This document shows, piece by piece, positions 38,536 to 51,210 of a stretch of DNA of 64,000 nucleotides. The stretch spans positions 8,802,566 through 8,866,565 of the forward strand of contig NC_057754.1 of NCBI RefSeq assembly GCF_004010195.1. The letters are read 5' to 3'. The notes beneath the pieces were generated by a model, which saw only the letters and a program-made list of their open reading frames with translations, did not search any database and was not told where the DNA came from. The translations under genes and the position numbers were made by a program. How positions within the stretch are numbered: position 1 is the first letter of the stretch; every line of letters begins with the position of its first letter. Source of the DNA: Chiloscyllium plagiosum. Its lineage: Eukaryota.

Positions 38536-39514
38536 TTTTAATGCTCACACGCAACTCTTTAATGTCTACTTCCAGATTGTTTGAGTAACTATGACAACTG
38601 AATATGAAGCATACGTCAGGTTTGTTGCATGTCAATTCTTCCCTTCTAACCCCTGTAAAAGCAATTCATAAGATTGATCCCAGTCAGTCCAGAATAGGTA
38701 TTCCCAACATTCTCTCCTGATGTTCCTGGGCCCACAATTTGAATACTGTGAATGGTTTTGGTCCCCTTATTCAAGGAAAAATAAACTGGCATTGGAGGCA
38801 GTCCACAGAACTTCAACTAGGTTCAACCCAGGTATGGAGGAATTTTAATTTTAAGAGTGGTTGAGTAGATTGGACTTATGATCATTACAGTTTAGAAGAA
38901 TGAGTGGAGACCTTATCGTAACATGTAGATTTTTAAGAGAGCTTGACTTTAACTTCATGAGATGGTGGGAATCTAATACTTAACCCCTGCAAGGATCATC
39001 GAGGCAGAAACCTTCATAACATTTACAACATATTTAGATAAGAACCATACAAGGCTATGAGACAAGACCTGGAAAATGAGTTTAAGAAGAATTAGGTTTT
39101 TTTAAAAAAAAACTAGCATTGACTTGATGGGCCATTTTCTGTGCTGTTGACCTCTGTAACAAGGTGATAGGAAGAGATCACGAGAGTCTGCAACCAGAAG
39201 ACAATCTTGTCACCCACTTAAGACAGTGGAGGTGGAACTTCTGCTCTCACAGCATTGAGCACTAGGGAAACTATTTATGGTAGAAAGCTAAGGCTGGGTC
39301 ATTAAGAAAATTCAAGGTTGAGAGAGAGAGTGAGAAACTTTTTAATTGGTAAGGAAAAACAAGAGTCATGGGGAAATAGTTGGATTTGAAAATCATGAGA
39401 TCAAGCACAATTTCATTGAATGAAAGAGTGGACTCAATGGACCAAATGGTCTACTTCTGCTCCGCCATCTCCTGGAACATACTGCATGAAGGCCCACCTC
39501 GTAGAATCCCCACC

Positions 39515-39791
39515 TCATAGAATCCCTACAGTGTGGAAACAAGCCATTCGACCCAATGACTCACTGCTTTGCCTATGCCTAAAGCCCTCTATTTTTCCTG
39601 GCCAGTCCACCTTGAGCTACTCACCTATGGGCAATTTAGCATGGCCAATCCACCTGACCTGCACATCCTTGGACCGTGTGGGGGAAACCAGAGCACCCGG
39701 AGGAAACCCACACAGTCAGTCGCCCAAGGCTGGAGACGAACCAGGGTCTCTGGCACTGTGAGGCAGCAGTGCTGATCACTGAGTCACCGTC
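39515..39791 (-). mobile_element. HE1-type SINE, diverged
   Basis: GGGCAATTTAGCATGGCCAATCCACCTGACCTGCACATC core and tRNA head. Confidence 0.8.
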
Positions 39792-39899
39792 CACAAAGGA
39801 CAAAAAGGGATAACTGGCACAGAAGCTTAGGAGTACAGGTAGCCTGTGTGGACCGAGGAACGAGTTTGTGTTTCAATTTCAATGTGACTCTGTCTCAGA

Positions 39900-40460
39900 A
39901 TACCCCCGGGTCACGTGGGCACAGGAGCAGGCCACGCCCAATCTGATGTCATTGGATGTGTCGCGCATGCGCACCGCTCAAATCTTTCCCCCCCCACCCT
40001 CCCCTCATCGCTCTCTCTTCTCCGACCCCCAGAGCTTTTGGCCATTCGCTGGGCCCCTTGTTTCCCGCGGGCAGCGTGCATCCCTTTGCCGCTCGGCCTA
40101 GGCCGACAGGCCCTCTACTGCGGTTTGAGACGTGCACTGGACGTTTAAGAATGTTTCCCGCTGAGCCAGAGAGCCGAACGGTGACCTCCCCTTCTCCCGC
40201 CCCTCCCCGCCTTACCGCCCGCCGATCTGACAAACTAACGTCTCTCCACGGCCAGACCTCACAACGCGCATGCTCGAAACACCCACCTGTTGTCAATGCG
40301 CATGTTTCGGTAGACAATAGGGCCCAGGTGATTGTCGGCGCCTCCCGACCAATAGCAATAGGGGACGGAACCGGAGGGTGGTACGCGTTACAGGTATTCC
40401 AACCAATCGGAGTGAATGAGGGGCGGGGTTGAGTTGGATTCATTTCCCCATTGGCTAAAA
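39900..40460 (-). promoter_or_regulatory. CpG-island promoter and non-coding first exon, probably of the ZNF at 30105-30995
   Basis: Minus-strand donor CG|GTAAGG (exon ends 40216); NRF1-like CGCGCATGCGCA (~39962), GCGCATG x2, CCAAT boxes, GGGGCGGGG. Confidence 0.75.
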
Positions 40461-40769
40461 CCCTCACTTGTTTGGAAATCTGACTTGTGTCAGACCTTGG
40501 GGGTAAAGTGGACTTTTCGGTTTGTGGGGCTGAAGCAAACATTCCAATATTTGTTACCGAAACAGTGGAACATGATGAGATAATGCACAAACAATTCAAG
40601 GGCTGATTTAAAGAGATACTTGGTAACACATTCACTACCAAAACCAGAAATTGCTGGAAAAACTCAGCAGGAAAACAATTTCAGAAGAATGGTTCTGAAG
40701 ATTGGCCTCTGGATTAATGATCTAGTGATAATACCACTCTGCCATCGCATTCCCTGAATTTACTGTCCC

Positions 40770-43387
40770 TGATGTTGCAAAGGTTGGGACTGGCCTTGTT
40801 GCTGTGGAATGCTCCGAGTAGTCGAACCATTCTGTATCACCTGTCCTTCCTGGGGAAATTTGCAAAGAAAAACACCTTTCACCACAAGTCCATCAAGAAG
40901 TTGTCAGCATGGCATCAAGTTTTTTGAGATGACGAGACATGAAGTTTTTTGAGATGACGAAGATGATGAGTGAAAAACAATTGATATGGTCTTCAGTAAA
41001 GGTCCCTCATGGCAGACTGGTAGAAAAGGTGGTCATGTGGTATCAAGGATGATCTGGCAAGATGGATACAGAACTGGCTTAGTGATAGGAGACAGAGTGT
41101 AGCGGTGGAATGAAATGCTGTGACTAGTGGTTTTCCACAGGGATCAGTGCTAGTTCCTCTGCTGTTTGTGATCTACATAAATGATTTGAGGAAAATGCAG
41201 CTGGACTAATTAGTAGGTTTGCGGATGATACAAAGATTGGTAGAGTTGCAGATAGTGAGAAGGATTGTCAGAGGATATAGCAAGATATGGATCAATTGGA
41301 GGCATGGGCAGAAAAATGGCAGATGGAGTTTGATTCAAAGAAATGTGAGGTACTGTGTTTTGGAAGTTCAAGTACAGGTGGAAATTATACAGCAACTGGC
41401 AAACTCCATAGGAGTATTGATATGCGTGCAGTTCCACAGATCACTGAATGTGGCAGTGCAGGCAGATAAGCTAGCAAAAAAGGTCTATGGCATACTTGCC
41501 TTCATTGGAAGGGGCATTGAGTATCAGGATAAACAAGTTATGCTGCAGCTTTATAGAACTTTAGTTTGGCCAGACTTGGAATATTGTGTTATAGTTCTGG
41601 TCACTACAATACCAGAAGATGTGAATGCTTTGGAGAGGGTACAGAAAAGGTTTATTAGAATGTTGCCTGGTATGGGGGATTTTAGCTATGATGAACGGTT
41701 GGATAGACTGGGTTTGTTTTCACTGGAACACAGGAGGTTCAGGGACAACCGAATAGAGGTTTATAAGATTGTGAATAGCATGGATAGAGTAGAAAGTATG
41801 AGGTTTTTTTCCACAGGTTGGATGGGTCAATTACGAAGGGACACAGGTTCAAGGTGCAAGGGGGGAAGTTTAAAAGAGATGTGTGAGATACGTTTTTCAC
41901 ACAAAGGGTGGTGAGTGCTTGGAACACATTGCCAGAGGAGGCGATAGAAACAGATACAATAGCAACATTTAGGAAACATCTGGACGAATACATGAATATA
42001 TAGCGAATAGAGGGATATGGATCCTCTAAGTAAAGACAGTTTTAGTATGGAAGGGCAAAATATGGTGACGCAGGCTTGGAGGGCTGAAGGGCCTTTTCCT
42101 GTGCTGCATTGTTTTTTGTATGTAACATTTTTGAGACCCTGTGGAAAAAGGAGAGAGTGCCTAATCACCAGAACTTTCTAACAAGCACCAAGACATCGCC
42201 TGGCTGGTGGTAAGAAGGGCGCCTCCCTGTGAGATCCTTCTTGTACGCCCAGTCAGTATGCAACACCACACATTGCCCATTAAGCAGCTGTGCAGGGGTT
42301 GAGACGGTCATACATCTTCTTCTGGAACGTGCCTTTGCAAGTCAAGTTTGGAGAAAGATGTTCATCCTGAACAGCTCCATGATGCAGGACACTTTGCTGT
42401 AATGTTTGTTGCCTGGGACGTACACCAAAAGCCACTCCCTCACCACTCAACGCCTGGAGGAAGAACGCCTCAGAACACTTCAACCCCAGGGCATCAGTGT
42501 GGACTTCACCAGTTTCCTCATTTCCCATCCCCCCACCTTTGCCCGAAATTTTAGATTAGATTACTTACAGTGTGGAAACAGGCCCTTCGGCCCAACAAGT
42601 CCACATCGACCCACTGAAGCACAAACCATCCAGACCCATTCCCTTACATTTACCCCTTCACCTAACACTACGGGCAATTTAGCATGGACAATTCACCTAA
42701 CCTGCACATTTATGGACTGTGGGAGGAAGCAGGAGCACCCAGAGGAAACCCACGCAGACACAGGGAGAATGTGCAAACTCCACACAGTCAGTTGCCTAAG
42801 GCGGGAATTGAACCCGGGTCTCTGGCGCTGTGAGGCAACAGTGCTAACCACTGTGCCACCGTGCCGCCCATATCGATTTTCCTGCTCCTCGGATGTTGCC
42901 TGACCCGCTGTGCTTTTCCAGCACCACTCTAATCTAGACTCTGATTTCCAGCATCTGCAGTCCTCACTTTTGCCTAAAATATCGACGGCACCTACAGGAC
43001 CGTCAAATCGGTGAAAGACACTTTGGTCTCCCCAAAATTTATTGGTCTTCCAGAACAAGAATTTGACCTCGACCGAATGTTGCAGACTGGTATGTTCCGA
43101 GGTCCAGGACTACGTGCTGAGGGATGCACTGAAGCTTGTGGCTGCCACCATTGCGCAGTGGGGAAAGACCACTCTCTGACGTCTTTCTGCTGAAGCTACA
43201 TGGGGGTCCATTCAGTTATCAGACCCTTCTGGTGCCTCAAATGCATGTAAATACAGTCTTTTGCATAGAGTTAAACTCCAATGTTTGTTTGTTTCCTTGA
43301 TATACTGTACAGAACCCAACTGCGTTTGTGACTATTTATATATACAATTATATTTTTTATGAATAAAGTGTATGTTTTAAATTAAAA
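40770..43387 (+). mobile_element. Tx1/L1-clade LINE 3' part, hosting nested CR1 (~40915-42125), Penelope (~42420-42976) and HE1 SINE (42551-42869)
   Basis: SNKHQDIAWLVVRRA...CAGVETVIHLL (zf-RVT region), VQDYVLRDALKL, 3' AATAAA plus A-rich end. Confidence 0.75.
42551..42869 (-). mobile_element. HE1-type V-SINE, full length
   Basis: Reverse complement of the 19766 copy. Confidence 0.92.
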
Positions 43388-43394
43388 GGGGGAA

Positions 43395-43466
43395 TTCTCC
43401 CAGGACACGGGTGGCCCATTGCACTCAGGTGTGCTGATGCCTATGATGTCCTCAAATGTGGGGGAA
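43395..43466 (+). pseudogene. U1 snRNA-derived fragment (stem-loop II/III region)
   Basis: TTCTCCCAGGACACGGGTGGCCCATTGCACTCAGGTGTGCTGATGCCTATGATGTCCTCAAATGTGGG versus U1 TTTTCCCAGGGCGAGGCTTATCCATTGCACTCCGGATGTGCTGACCCCTGCGATTTCCCCAAATGTGGG; U1A loop ATTGCAC retained. Confidence 0.8.
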
Positions 43467-43769
43467 GGAAAAGTTCCAAAGAAGTCTTGCTGAGTTTTTG
43501 AATTTGCTGGAAAAACTCAGCTTTCTGGCAACATCTTATGAAGAGAAAGTGGAGTTAAAATTTCTGATCCAATGAGCCTTCTTCAGAACCCTTCCACTGA
43601 AATTGTTTACCTGCTGAGATTTTCCAGCAATTTGTTCTTGTTTCTGATTTTCAACATCCGCAGTTCTTCAGCTTTTTTGTTACTCCTTCCCTAACCTTCT
43701 GTTCTTTCACAGGATGGGAGTATCACGTACCTTTTAACTACCTTGATCAAGAGCTGACCTCAGCGGGTT

Positions 43770-44084
43770 TTGCAGTCTGTGTGAAAGCACTAACACTTGA
43801 GACAGCTCTCACCAAGAATGCAGTGGGGACAGACTGTTGTCTAAGATCTTTCTGCCAAAATATAACGATCGTCTGTTCAGTTGTCAGGCCCTCTCATTGC
43901 CTCAAAATGAACATAGTTTCCTGCATAAGGATAAAATGCTTTATTTGTGAAGTTCTGAGAAATGTTAAAATCCCAACATTTGTGTTTTTTTGTCTCTGCA
44001 AAGACTATATTGAACCGATTTAGAAACTTTGCATGTACTTATAGGTGATCTTTTGAATGAAGTATAGTTTTGAAATAAAAAAAA
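43770..44084 (+). mobile_element. Second Tx1-type 3' tail ending in poly(A)
   Basis: GCAGTGGGGACAGAC...TCTTTCTGC...TTCAGTTGTCAGGCCC...TGCCTCAAA resembles 43155-43240; ends TGAAATAAAAAAAA. Confidence 0.65.
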
Positions 44085-44875
44085 TCAAGAATCCATCTAA
44101 TGTAACCTAAAATATATTCAATGACCTTAGCACCACTTTTCCCCATGCACAAGATTTCCCACAGACTAACAACATTCTGAGAGAAAAAAAAGTCTTCTTC
44201 ATTTCCATCTTAAAAGATACCCCTTATTTTTAATCAATGTCTGGTCACCTAGTCTCTCCAATAAGGGGAATTATCCTTTCAGTATCCACCTGGATTGCAT
44301 ATGATTCAATTCAATTGCCCCCTTATTCTTCCAAATGACAATGGATACAGGCCCATCCTGTCCAAACCTTTCTCATTAGCCTTCATGCTTATTATTAATC
44401 CCTTTGAATTACTTCTAATCTAATTACATCCATTCTAACAGAAAGAACCAAAAGTGTATATAGTGCCCTCAATGTAGTTTACCAATACCATTTGCAACTT
44501 CAGCAAACATCTTGTACAATCCATTCCGTATGCAGAAAACACCATCTTTGTGTTTGAATCATAGACCTGTACTTCACAGAAGTAGGCCATTTGGCCCATT
44601 TATGTCTGTGCAAGTCGACAAAGATCTGACTGCATAACCCCACTTTCCAGCTTTTGGCTCATAGCTCTGGAGGCTATGGAAATGCAAGTGGATATCCAAA
44701 TGCTGCTCAGAAAAATTTCTGACTCAATCATGCTTTCAGGCAGTGAGTTCCAGACTCCCATCAAATTTTCCTCAACTCTCGTCTTAGCCATCCACCTCTT
44801 CAACTTGTATCTACCTATCCATCTAATCTATGGTGCTCAGAATCTTATACACCTCCATTAGGTTCTTTCTCAACC

Positions 44876-45191
44876 ATTAGATTAGGTTAGAATCCCTACA
44901 ATATGGGAACAGGCCCATCGGCCTAACATGTCCACACCGACTCTCCGAGGAGTAACCCAGACCCATTCCCATACCCTCTATTTACCCCAGACTAATACTA
45001 TTGTGCAATTTAGCATGGCCAATTCACCTGACCTGCACATCTTTGGATTGTGGGAGGAAACCAGAGCACCCGAAGAAAACCCACGCAGGCACAGGGAGAA
45101 TATGCAAACTCAACACAGACAGTCCCCTGAGGCTGGAATCGAACCTGGGTCCCTGGCGCTGTCAGGCAGCAGTGCTAACCACTGAGCCACC
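44876..45191 (-). mobile_element. HE1-type SINE within old CR1 fragments
   Basis: V core and tRNA head on minus strand. Confidence 0.85.
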
Positions 45192-45554
45192 ATACTTTGT
45201 TGCATCTAGGCAAACAACTCCAGCCTATCCAATCTTTCCATATAGCGGAGCCCCTCCAGCCCAGGTAACAACCTGGTGTACCCTTCTCTACAGTGCAATC
45301 ACATTCTTCCGAAAAGGTGGTCGTCAGAACTGCACACAGTACTCCAGTTGTGACCCAACCAGTGTTTTATACAGTTCCAGCCTAATATTCTTGCTCTTGT
45401 ATTTTGTGCCTTGGCTAATACCAGCAAGCATCCATAACCACCTAAATTCTTAAGCCCCTTGTCTATCTACCCTGCTAACTTCAGCGATCTGGAGATACGC
45501 TCTGCTCCTTCTGCTCTTCAGTACTGCCTTCCATGATATTCGTGCTCAGAATCG

Positions 45555-46757
45555 AAACGTCTGGCGCCAGAAAAGCACAGCAGGTCATGCAGCATCTGAG
45601 GAGCAGGAGAATCGACGTTTCAGGCATAAGCCCTTCTTCAAAAATGTGGGGAGGAAGGGGGCTGATAGATACATAAGAGAGGGAGAATAGGGCTGGGGTG
45701 AAGGTAACTGGGCAGGCGATAGGCAGGTGGAGATGGGGGGGTGATGGTGATAGGTTGGAGCAGAACGTGGAGCAGTTAGGTGGGAAGAAAGATGGGCAGG
45801 TGGGACAGTTCAAACGGTCAGAGAGGAGGGCGGAGCAGATAGGTGGGAAGGAAGATTGGCAGGTAGGACAGGATGGTGCTGAGTTGGAGGATTGGATCTG
45901 GGATGAGGTGGGGGGAGGGGAGATTAGGGAACTGGTGAAATTGACATTGATGCATGTGGCTGGAGGATCCCAAGATGAAAGATTAAACATTCTTCCTCCA
46001 GGCGTCAGGTGGCTAGGATTTGGCAGTGTAGGAGGCCCAAGACTTGACAGAGTGGGAGAGGGAGTTGAAATGGTCGGTCACAGGGCAGTGAGGTTGTTTG
46101 GTGCATGTTCCAGAGATGTTCCACAAGTTGGCATCCCCATTGTAGAGGAGACCACATCGAGAGCAATGGACAGAGTAGATGATGCATTTGGATGTGCAAG
46201 AAAATCTCTGCTAGATATGAAAGGATCCTTTGGGGCCTTGGATGGAAGTGAAGAGGGAAATGTGGGCATAGGTTTTACACCTCTTCTGGTGGCAAGGTAA
46301 GATGCCCAGAGCGGAGGGTGGGCTGGTGGGGGGAGTGGACCTAACGAGGGAGTCGCGGAGGGACTGGTCTCTGCAGAGGAGTGGTGAGGTAAAGATTTCT
46401 CTGGTGGTGGGGTCTGACTGTAGGTAGTGGAAATGGCAGTGAATAATGCATTGTATCTGGAGATTAGTGGGGTGGAAGGTGAGGAACAGGTAGATTCTAT
46501 CCTTGTTGCTGCTGGAGAGGTTGGGTTTGAGGGTAGAGATGCAGGAAGTGGAGGAGATGTGCTGGAGAGAATTGTTGACATTGTGGAAGGGGAAAATGCA
46601 GTCCTTGAAATAGGAGGCCATCTGGGATGTTCTGGATTGCAATTGCTCCTCCTGAGAGCAGATCCAGCAGATGCAGAGGAATTGGGAGCATGGAATAGCA
46701 TTTTTACAGGAGGGGGTGATGTGGTGTAGTCCAGGTAGCTGTGGGAGTCTGTATGCA
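45555..46757 (-). mobile_element. Penelope-like element remnant: RT thumb, Cys linker, GIY-YIG endonuclease and 3' pLTR
   Basis: TDSHSYLDYT, CKNAIPCSQFL, PCHQKRCKT, IQGPKGSFHI, CIIYSVHCSRCGLLYNG; pLTR GACGTTTCAGGCATAAGCCCTTCTTCA at ~45615. Confidence 0.88.
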
Positions 46758-47419
46758 CCAGGGCATCCAGATCTTTCTGTACTGTGGAGTTTTGGGGATA
46801 GGGTGGGGAGCTGGGTCTGCGTGGGATACTCTACGAAGGGTCGGTGTGGACACAATGGGTGGAATGGCTCTTTCCGTACTCTATTATTCAATCGCTGGAG
46901 GGAAAGCAGAGTTAACCTTTCAAGTCCACGACCCTTCTTCAGAACAACTGACAGCTGCCAGACCTGCTGAGTCTCTCCAGCAATTTCTGTTTTCATTTCA
47001 GATTTCCAGCATGCGCAGTTTGTTGTCTTAGTATGAATAAATATTTATTTTGGTTTGAGATTGTTGTATGTAAATCACCCACTTCTAATCCCATGTAAAA
47101 GGACCTTCTGGCAGTTTGGTACAAACGTAGCTCAGGAGTTTCTCATCCTTGTGTGGACAGCTGACACTGGGTATTCCCAAAACCTAGTTAGAGACCAAAC
47201 AAAATCTGCAGTTGCTGGAATCTAAAATAGACAGGCAGGAGGTTGAAAGAACACAGCAAGCCAGGCAGCATCAGGAAGTGAAGTCAACGTTACGGGTATA
47301 ACTCAGAATCGTAGAGATATACAGCACGGAACCAACTCATCCATGCCGACCAGATATCCCAACCCATTGCTTCTGAGGGGAATTGATTTCAAAAGTAGGA
47401 AGGTTATCTTTCAATTGTA

Positions 47420-47950
47420 GAGATTTTTAATAATTTGATTTATTATTGTTGCATGTACCTAGGTACAGCGAAAAGTTTTGTTTTGCATGCAATACAAGCA
47501 TATCATACCATACAAAGTGTACAAGGGTAATAGAACAGAGCAAGGAATGCAATGTTACAGCTGCAGAGGAGGTGCACAAAGAGCGAGGTCAACATTAAAT
47601 TTGAAATTTCAGAGGTCCATTCAGATATCTAATAACAGCATGGAGGAAGCTGTTCTTAAATTTATTCGTACATGTATTTAAGCTTTTGTATCTTCTGCCT
47701 GACAGAAGAGGTTGGAAGAGATTATAACCAGGATGGGAGGGATCTTTGATTATGTTGGCTGCCTTTCTGAGGCAACAAGAGGTATTGATGGAGTCAATGG
47801 ATAGAACATTGTCTTGAGTGATGGATTGGGCCGTGTTTATAACTTTGTGTAGTTTCTTACAGACCTGGGCATAGTAGTTGCCATACCAAGCTGTGATGCA
47901 TTCAGAAAAAATACTTTCTATGATGCACATATAAAAATTGGTAAGAGGGC
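47420..47950 (-). mobile_element. Rex1/Babar-type LINE 3' fragment
   Basis: IESIFSECITAWYG...RKAANIIKDPSHPG...SGRRYKSL...FKNSF. Confidence 0.85.
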
Positions 47951-48448
47951 ATTGGTGAGACCATTTCTGGAAGAGACTGTACAGTATTGGTCACCTTATT
48001 TAAGAAATAGTATAAATGCATTTCATAGGTTTCCCAGAACAATACCTGGGCTGGATGGTTGTTTTATGGGGAACCATTATACAACTAGCTTTTATCTACT
48101 GGAGTTTAAAAAAGGTGACTTGATGAAAACATATAAGATTCTGCGAGTCTTGACATGGTGGTTGTGTAAAGGATAGATTCTTTTGTGAGAGAACCTAGAA
48201 TAAGGGGGTCACTGCTTAGAATTAAGGGGTATTTCACTTACAATAGAGATTAGAAGATCTCATTTTGCAAAAGGATGTGAACCTTTGTAACTCCTTTCTT
48301 TAAAAGGCAGTGAGAGTCATTGACTATATTTAAGGCAGAGGTAGATGTTTTCTTGGTAGTGGAAATGTGGAGGTAAGGTAACAATCATATCAGCCATGGT
48401 TGTATTAACTGACAGACCAGGCTTGAGAAGACAATTGCGTAATCATGT

Positions 48449-48564
48449 TTCTAACTCCAAAAGACAAAATGCTGGAAAACCTCAGCAGGTCTGGTAGCAT
48501 CTGTAAGAAGAGAAAAGAGCTGACGTTTCGTATCTAACTGACCCTTTGTCAAAGCTTCTAACTC
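48449..48564 (-). mobile_element. Short Penelope-derived pLTR insertion with variant hammerhead core
   Basis: TSD-like TTCTAACTC on both sides; minus strand GCTTTGACAAAGGGTCAGTTAGATACGAAACGTCAGC. Confidence 0.6.
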
Positions 48565-48859
48565 ATATGTTTCTGGATGGTTTGAGCTCCACATTTCAGG
48601 TGTGATTCAAAGACCATCACAATAGAATAACATAAAGGACACAGAGGAGGTTGCAACAACAACAAAGGTGTTCACAGTCTGCTTCTAAGCTTCTTATTTG
48701 CTAGTGTATGGATTACACCCTGTCCTCTGTCAACCTACCAGCACATTAGCCGCACTGTTCTCCCTGATATACTTGGTCTTAAATTTGATGAAAATTTTTA
48801 AACATGACGCCAGTAATGGTGATTCTAAGAGTCTAACACCTTTATTGTTGTAATAACAC

Positions 48860-49130
48860 AGTCTGTCAGCATCTGTGGAGAGAAATCAAAGTTAATGTTT
48901 CGAGTCGAGTGACCTTTTCTCAGAACTTCTGTCTCTCTCTCTCTCTCTCTCTTTGGGTTTTATCCCCAACTACCCTTCACCCCTTACCCCCCCCCCCATC
49001 TTCTGCATATAAAACGACATTTTCCGAGCTACCATCAGTTCTGAGGAAGGGGTCACTCGACCTGAAACATTAACTCTGATTCATCTCCACAGATGCTGCC
49101 AGATCCTGCTGACCTTTCACCAGCAACGAC
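48860..49130. mobile_element. Inverted-repeat Penelope pLTR pair (second family), adjacent to a promoter
   Basis: AGTTCTGAGGAAGGGGTCACTCGACCTGAAACATTAACT at ~49037-49075 and its inverted copy ~48890-48926. Confidence 0.75.
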
Positions 49131-49134
49131 AGCG

Positions 49135-49690
49135 TTTGGCTCCCCAACCAATGGGAGTGAACAAGGGGCGAGGCTGAAAGACGGAGGTGGGGGGAGGGGG
49201 GTGGCAGCTGGTACTTCAACCAATGGGAGTGAATGAGGGGCAGGCTGGAGGACCGAACCGTGGCAGCTGGTCCTCCAACCAATCAGAACGAATGAGAGGG
49301 GGTGGATAAAACAATCCGAAACCACGTGACCATCGCCACGATCACGTGCGATATTGTTGTCATCGATCACGGGCAGGCGCAATTGCCGAAGGAGGTGGAA
49401 GCGGGTAAAGGGTAAAGTTTAGCTGAAGAGTGAAGCAGAAATTAGAGTATGCAAGAGACCTTTTATAAACAATCGATTGAGTCATGTAATTCTGAATTAT
49501 AAACTACTCGTTTCAAATTTGCTCCCAAGCTGGGCAGCAGGAACTGGGCCTAGACCGTGTGACCGCCACCATCTTTATCGGGGGCGGTGTTCAGCAAGGC
49601 GCCTTTGTGGCTGCCATCTTTATTGGGGGCATTAAGGTTCAGGACCCCAACCGTGTTCTCCTTTTTACAGGGGGAGGGGAGGTTAGGGGA
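49135..49690 (+). promoter_or_regulatory. CpG-island promoter, probably of the ZNF at 58788
   Basis: Three tandem CAACCAAT...GAA..GGGG modules, two CACGTG E-boxes (49321-49349), candidate donors GGTAAAG ~49405-49417, YY1-like CCATCTT x2 downstream. Confidence 0.7.
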
Positions 49691-50639
49691 AGAGCATTTG
49701 CACACAGCTGAACAATAAATGCTGAATTCGCCAACAACACCCACATCCTGTGAACGAATGTTTTTTTTGTTTAAAAACACTCTGATGGAGACACTTGATC
49801 CGCTAGGACCTGAATTACCGGCCTTGGGCAGTGGAGGAAACGTGTCTGTTTGTGGGAAAGGATCTCAGGTGTCATGTGACGAGAGAAGGGTCCAAATTAT
49901 TCCAACCCTGTTTAGATCACACCCGGATAAACTTCCTTTTTTTTTCATTCACTCGCAGGATGTGGGCGTCGCAGGTTAGGCCAGCAATCATTGACCATCC
50001 TTAATTGCCCAGTGGGCAAGTTGAGAGTTGGAGCATAGGCCAGACCAGGTGAGAATGATCCTTCTCTGAAGGACATTAGTGAGCCAGATTGTGTTTCTCT
50101 GACAATCAGGAATGGTCGTCAGTAGATTCTTAATTCCAGATTTTTATTTGTCGAATTCAATTCTAGTATCTGCCGTGGTGATATTCAAATTTTGTCCCCA
50201 GAATATTAGCTGAGTTTCTGGATTAATAGTTGAGTGATATTACCACTAGGACACTAGCCACCCTTAAGTTTGTTGAGGTCTGGGCAACATAGCTTAGGAA
50301 AGGTAGATGGAATTCTCCTTTTAAAAACCGTTAAATCCAACCACTCCAATCCTTGTACCATCACCTAATGGAAAAAAACTTTTTATCTACCTTATCAAAA
50401 CTTGTATATTTTACCAACTGTCCTTTTCAATTTCTTTAGTCCGACGATCTTTGCACCCTCTCAATGGATGTCATCTTTCCAAAAATATGAAGAGCAGAAT
50501 TGGATATTAATGGTACTATTGCAAATTAGGAGCGTAAGGCTGCCCTTTTGCCTCTCTGGCCAGTTGGCAAGACCATTGCTGATCTGAACGTAGCCTCAAA
50601 GCCACCTTCTAGATTATACCCTTTGATGAAACCAGATGT

Positions 50640-51210
50640 TTTTAGAGTATTGTGAGCAATTTTGGGCCCCATACTTCAGGAAAGATGTATTGACCCTGGA
50701 GCGGATCTAGAAGAGGTTTATGAGAATGATCCCAGGAATGAAAATCTTATCATATGAGGAATGTTTGAGGACTCGGAGACTATATTCAATGGATTTTAGA
50801 AAGATGGCGGGGGGTGGGGGGGGTGATTTGATTGAAACTTTCAGAATACTGAACGGCCTGGACAGAGTGGATGTTGCAAAGATGTCTCCATTAGCAGGAG
50901 AGACAAGGATCCAAGGACACAGCCTTAGAGAAAGGGGAGGACTCTTTAAAACAGACTCGAGGAGAAATGTCTTTAGCCAGAGAGTGGCGAATCTTTGGAA
51001 TTCTTTTCCACAGAAGGCTGTGGAGACCGGGTCATCGAGTATATTTAAAACAGAAGTAGGTTCTTGATTGCCAAGGGGATCAAAAGTTATGAGGCGAAAG
51101 CAGGAAAATGGGGTTGAAAAAACTTTATCAGCCATGATTAAATGGCAGAGCAGACTCAATGGGCCAAATGGCCTAATTTCTGCTTCTATGTCTAATGGTT
51201 TTATGGTCTA
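50640..51210 (+). mobile_element. CR1 3' fragment
   Basis: GDLIETFRILNGLDRVD...FSQRVANLWNSFP. Confidence 0.88.

Noticed and set aside
39949-40641. 230-aa and 158-aa ORFs
   Set aside because: Stop-poor GC-rich promoter sequence with no recognisable domain
45698-46300. 200-aa Gly-rich plus-strand ORF
   Set aside because: Antisense to the Penelope endonuclease and its pyrimidine-rich 3' region
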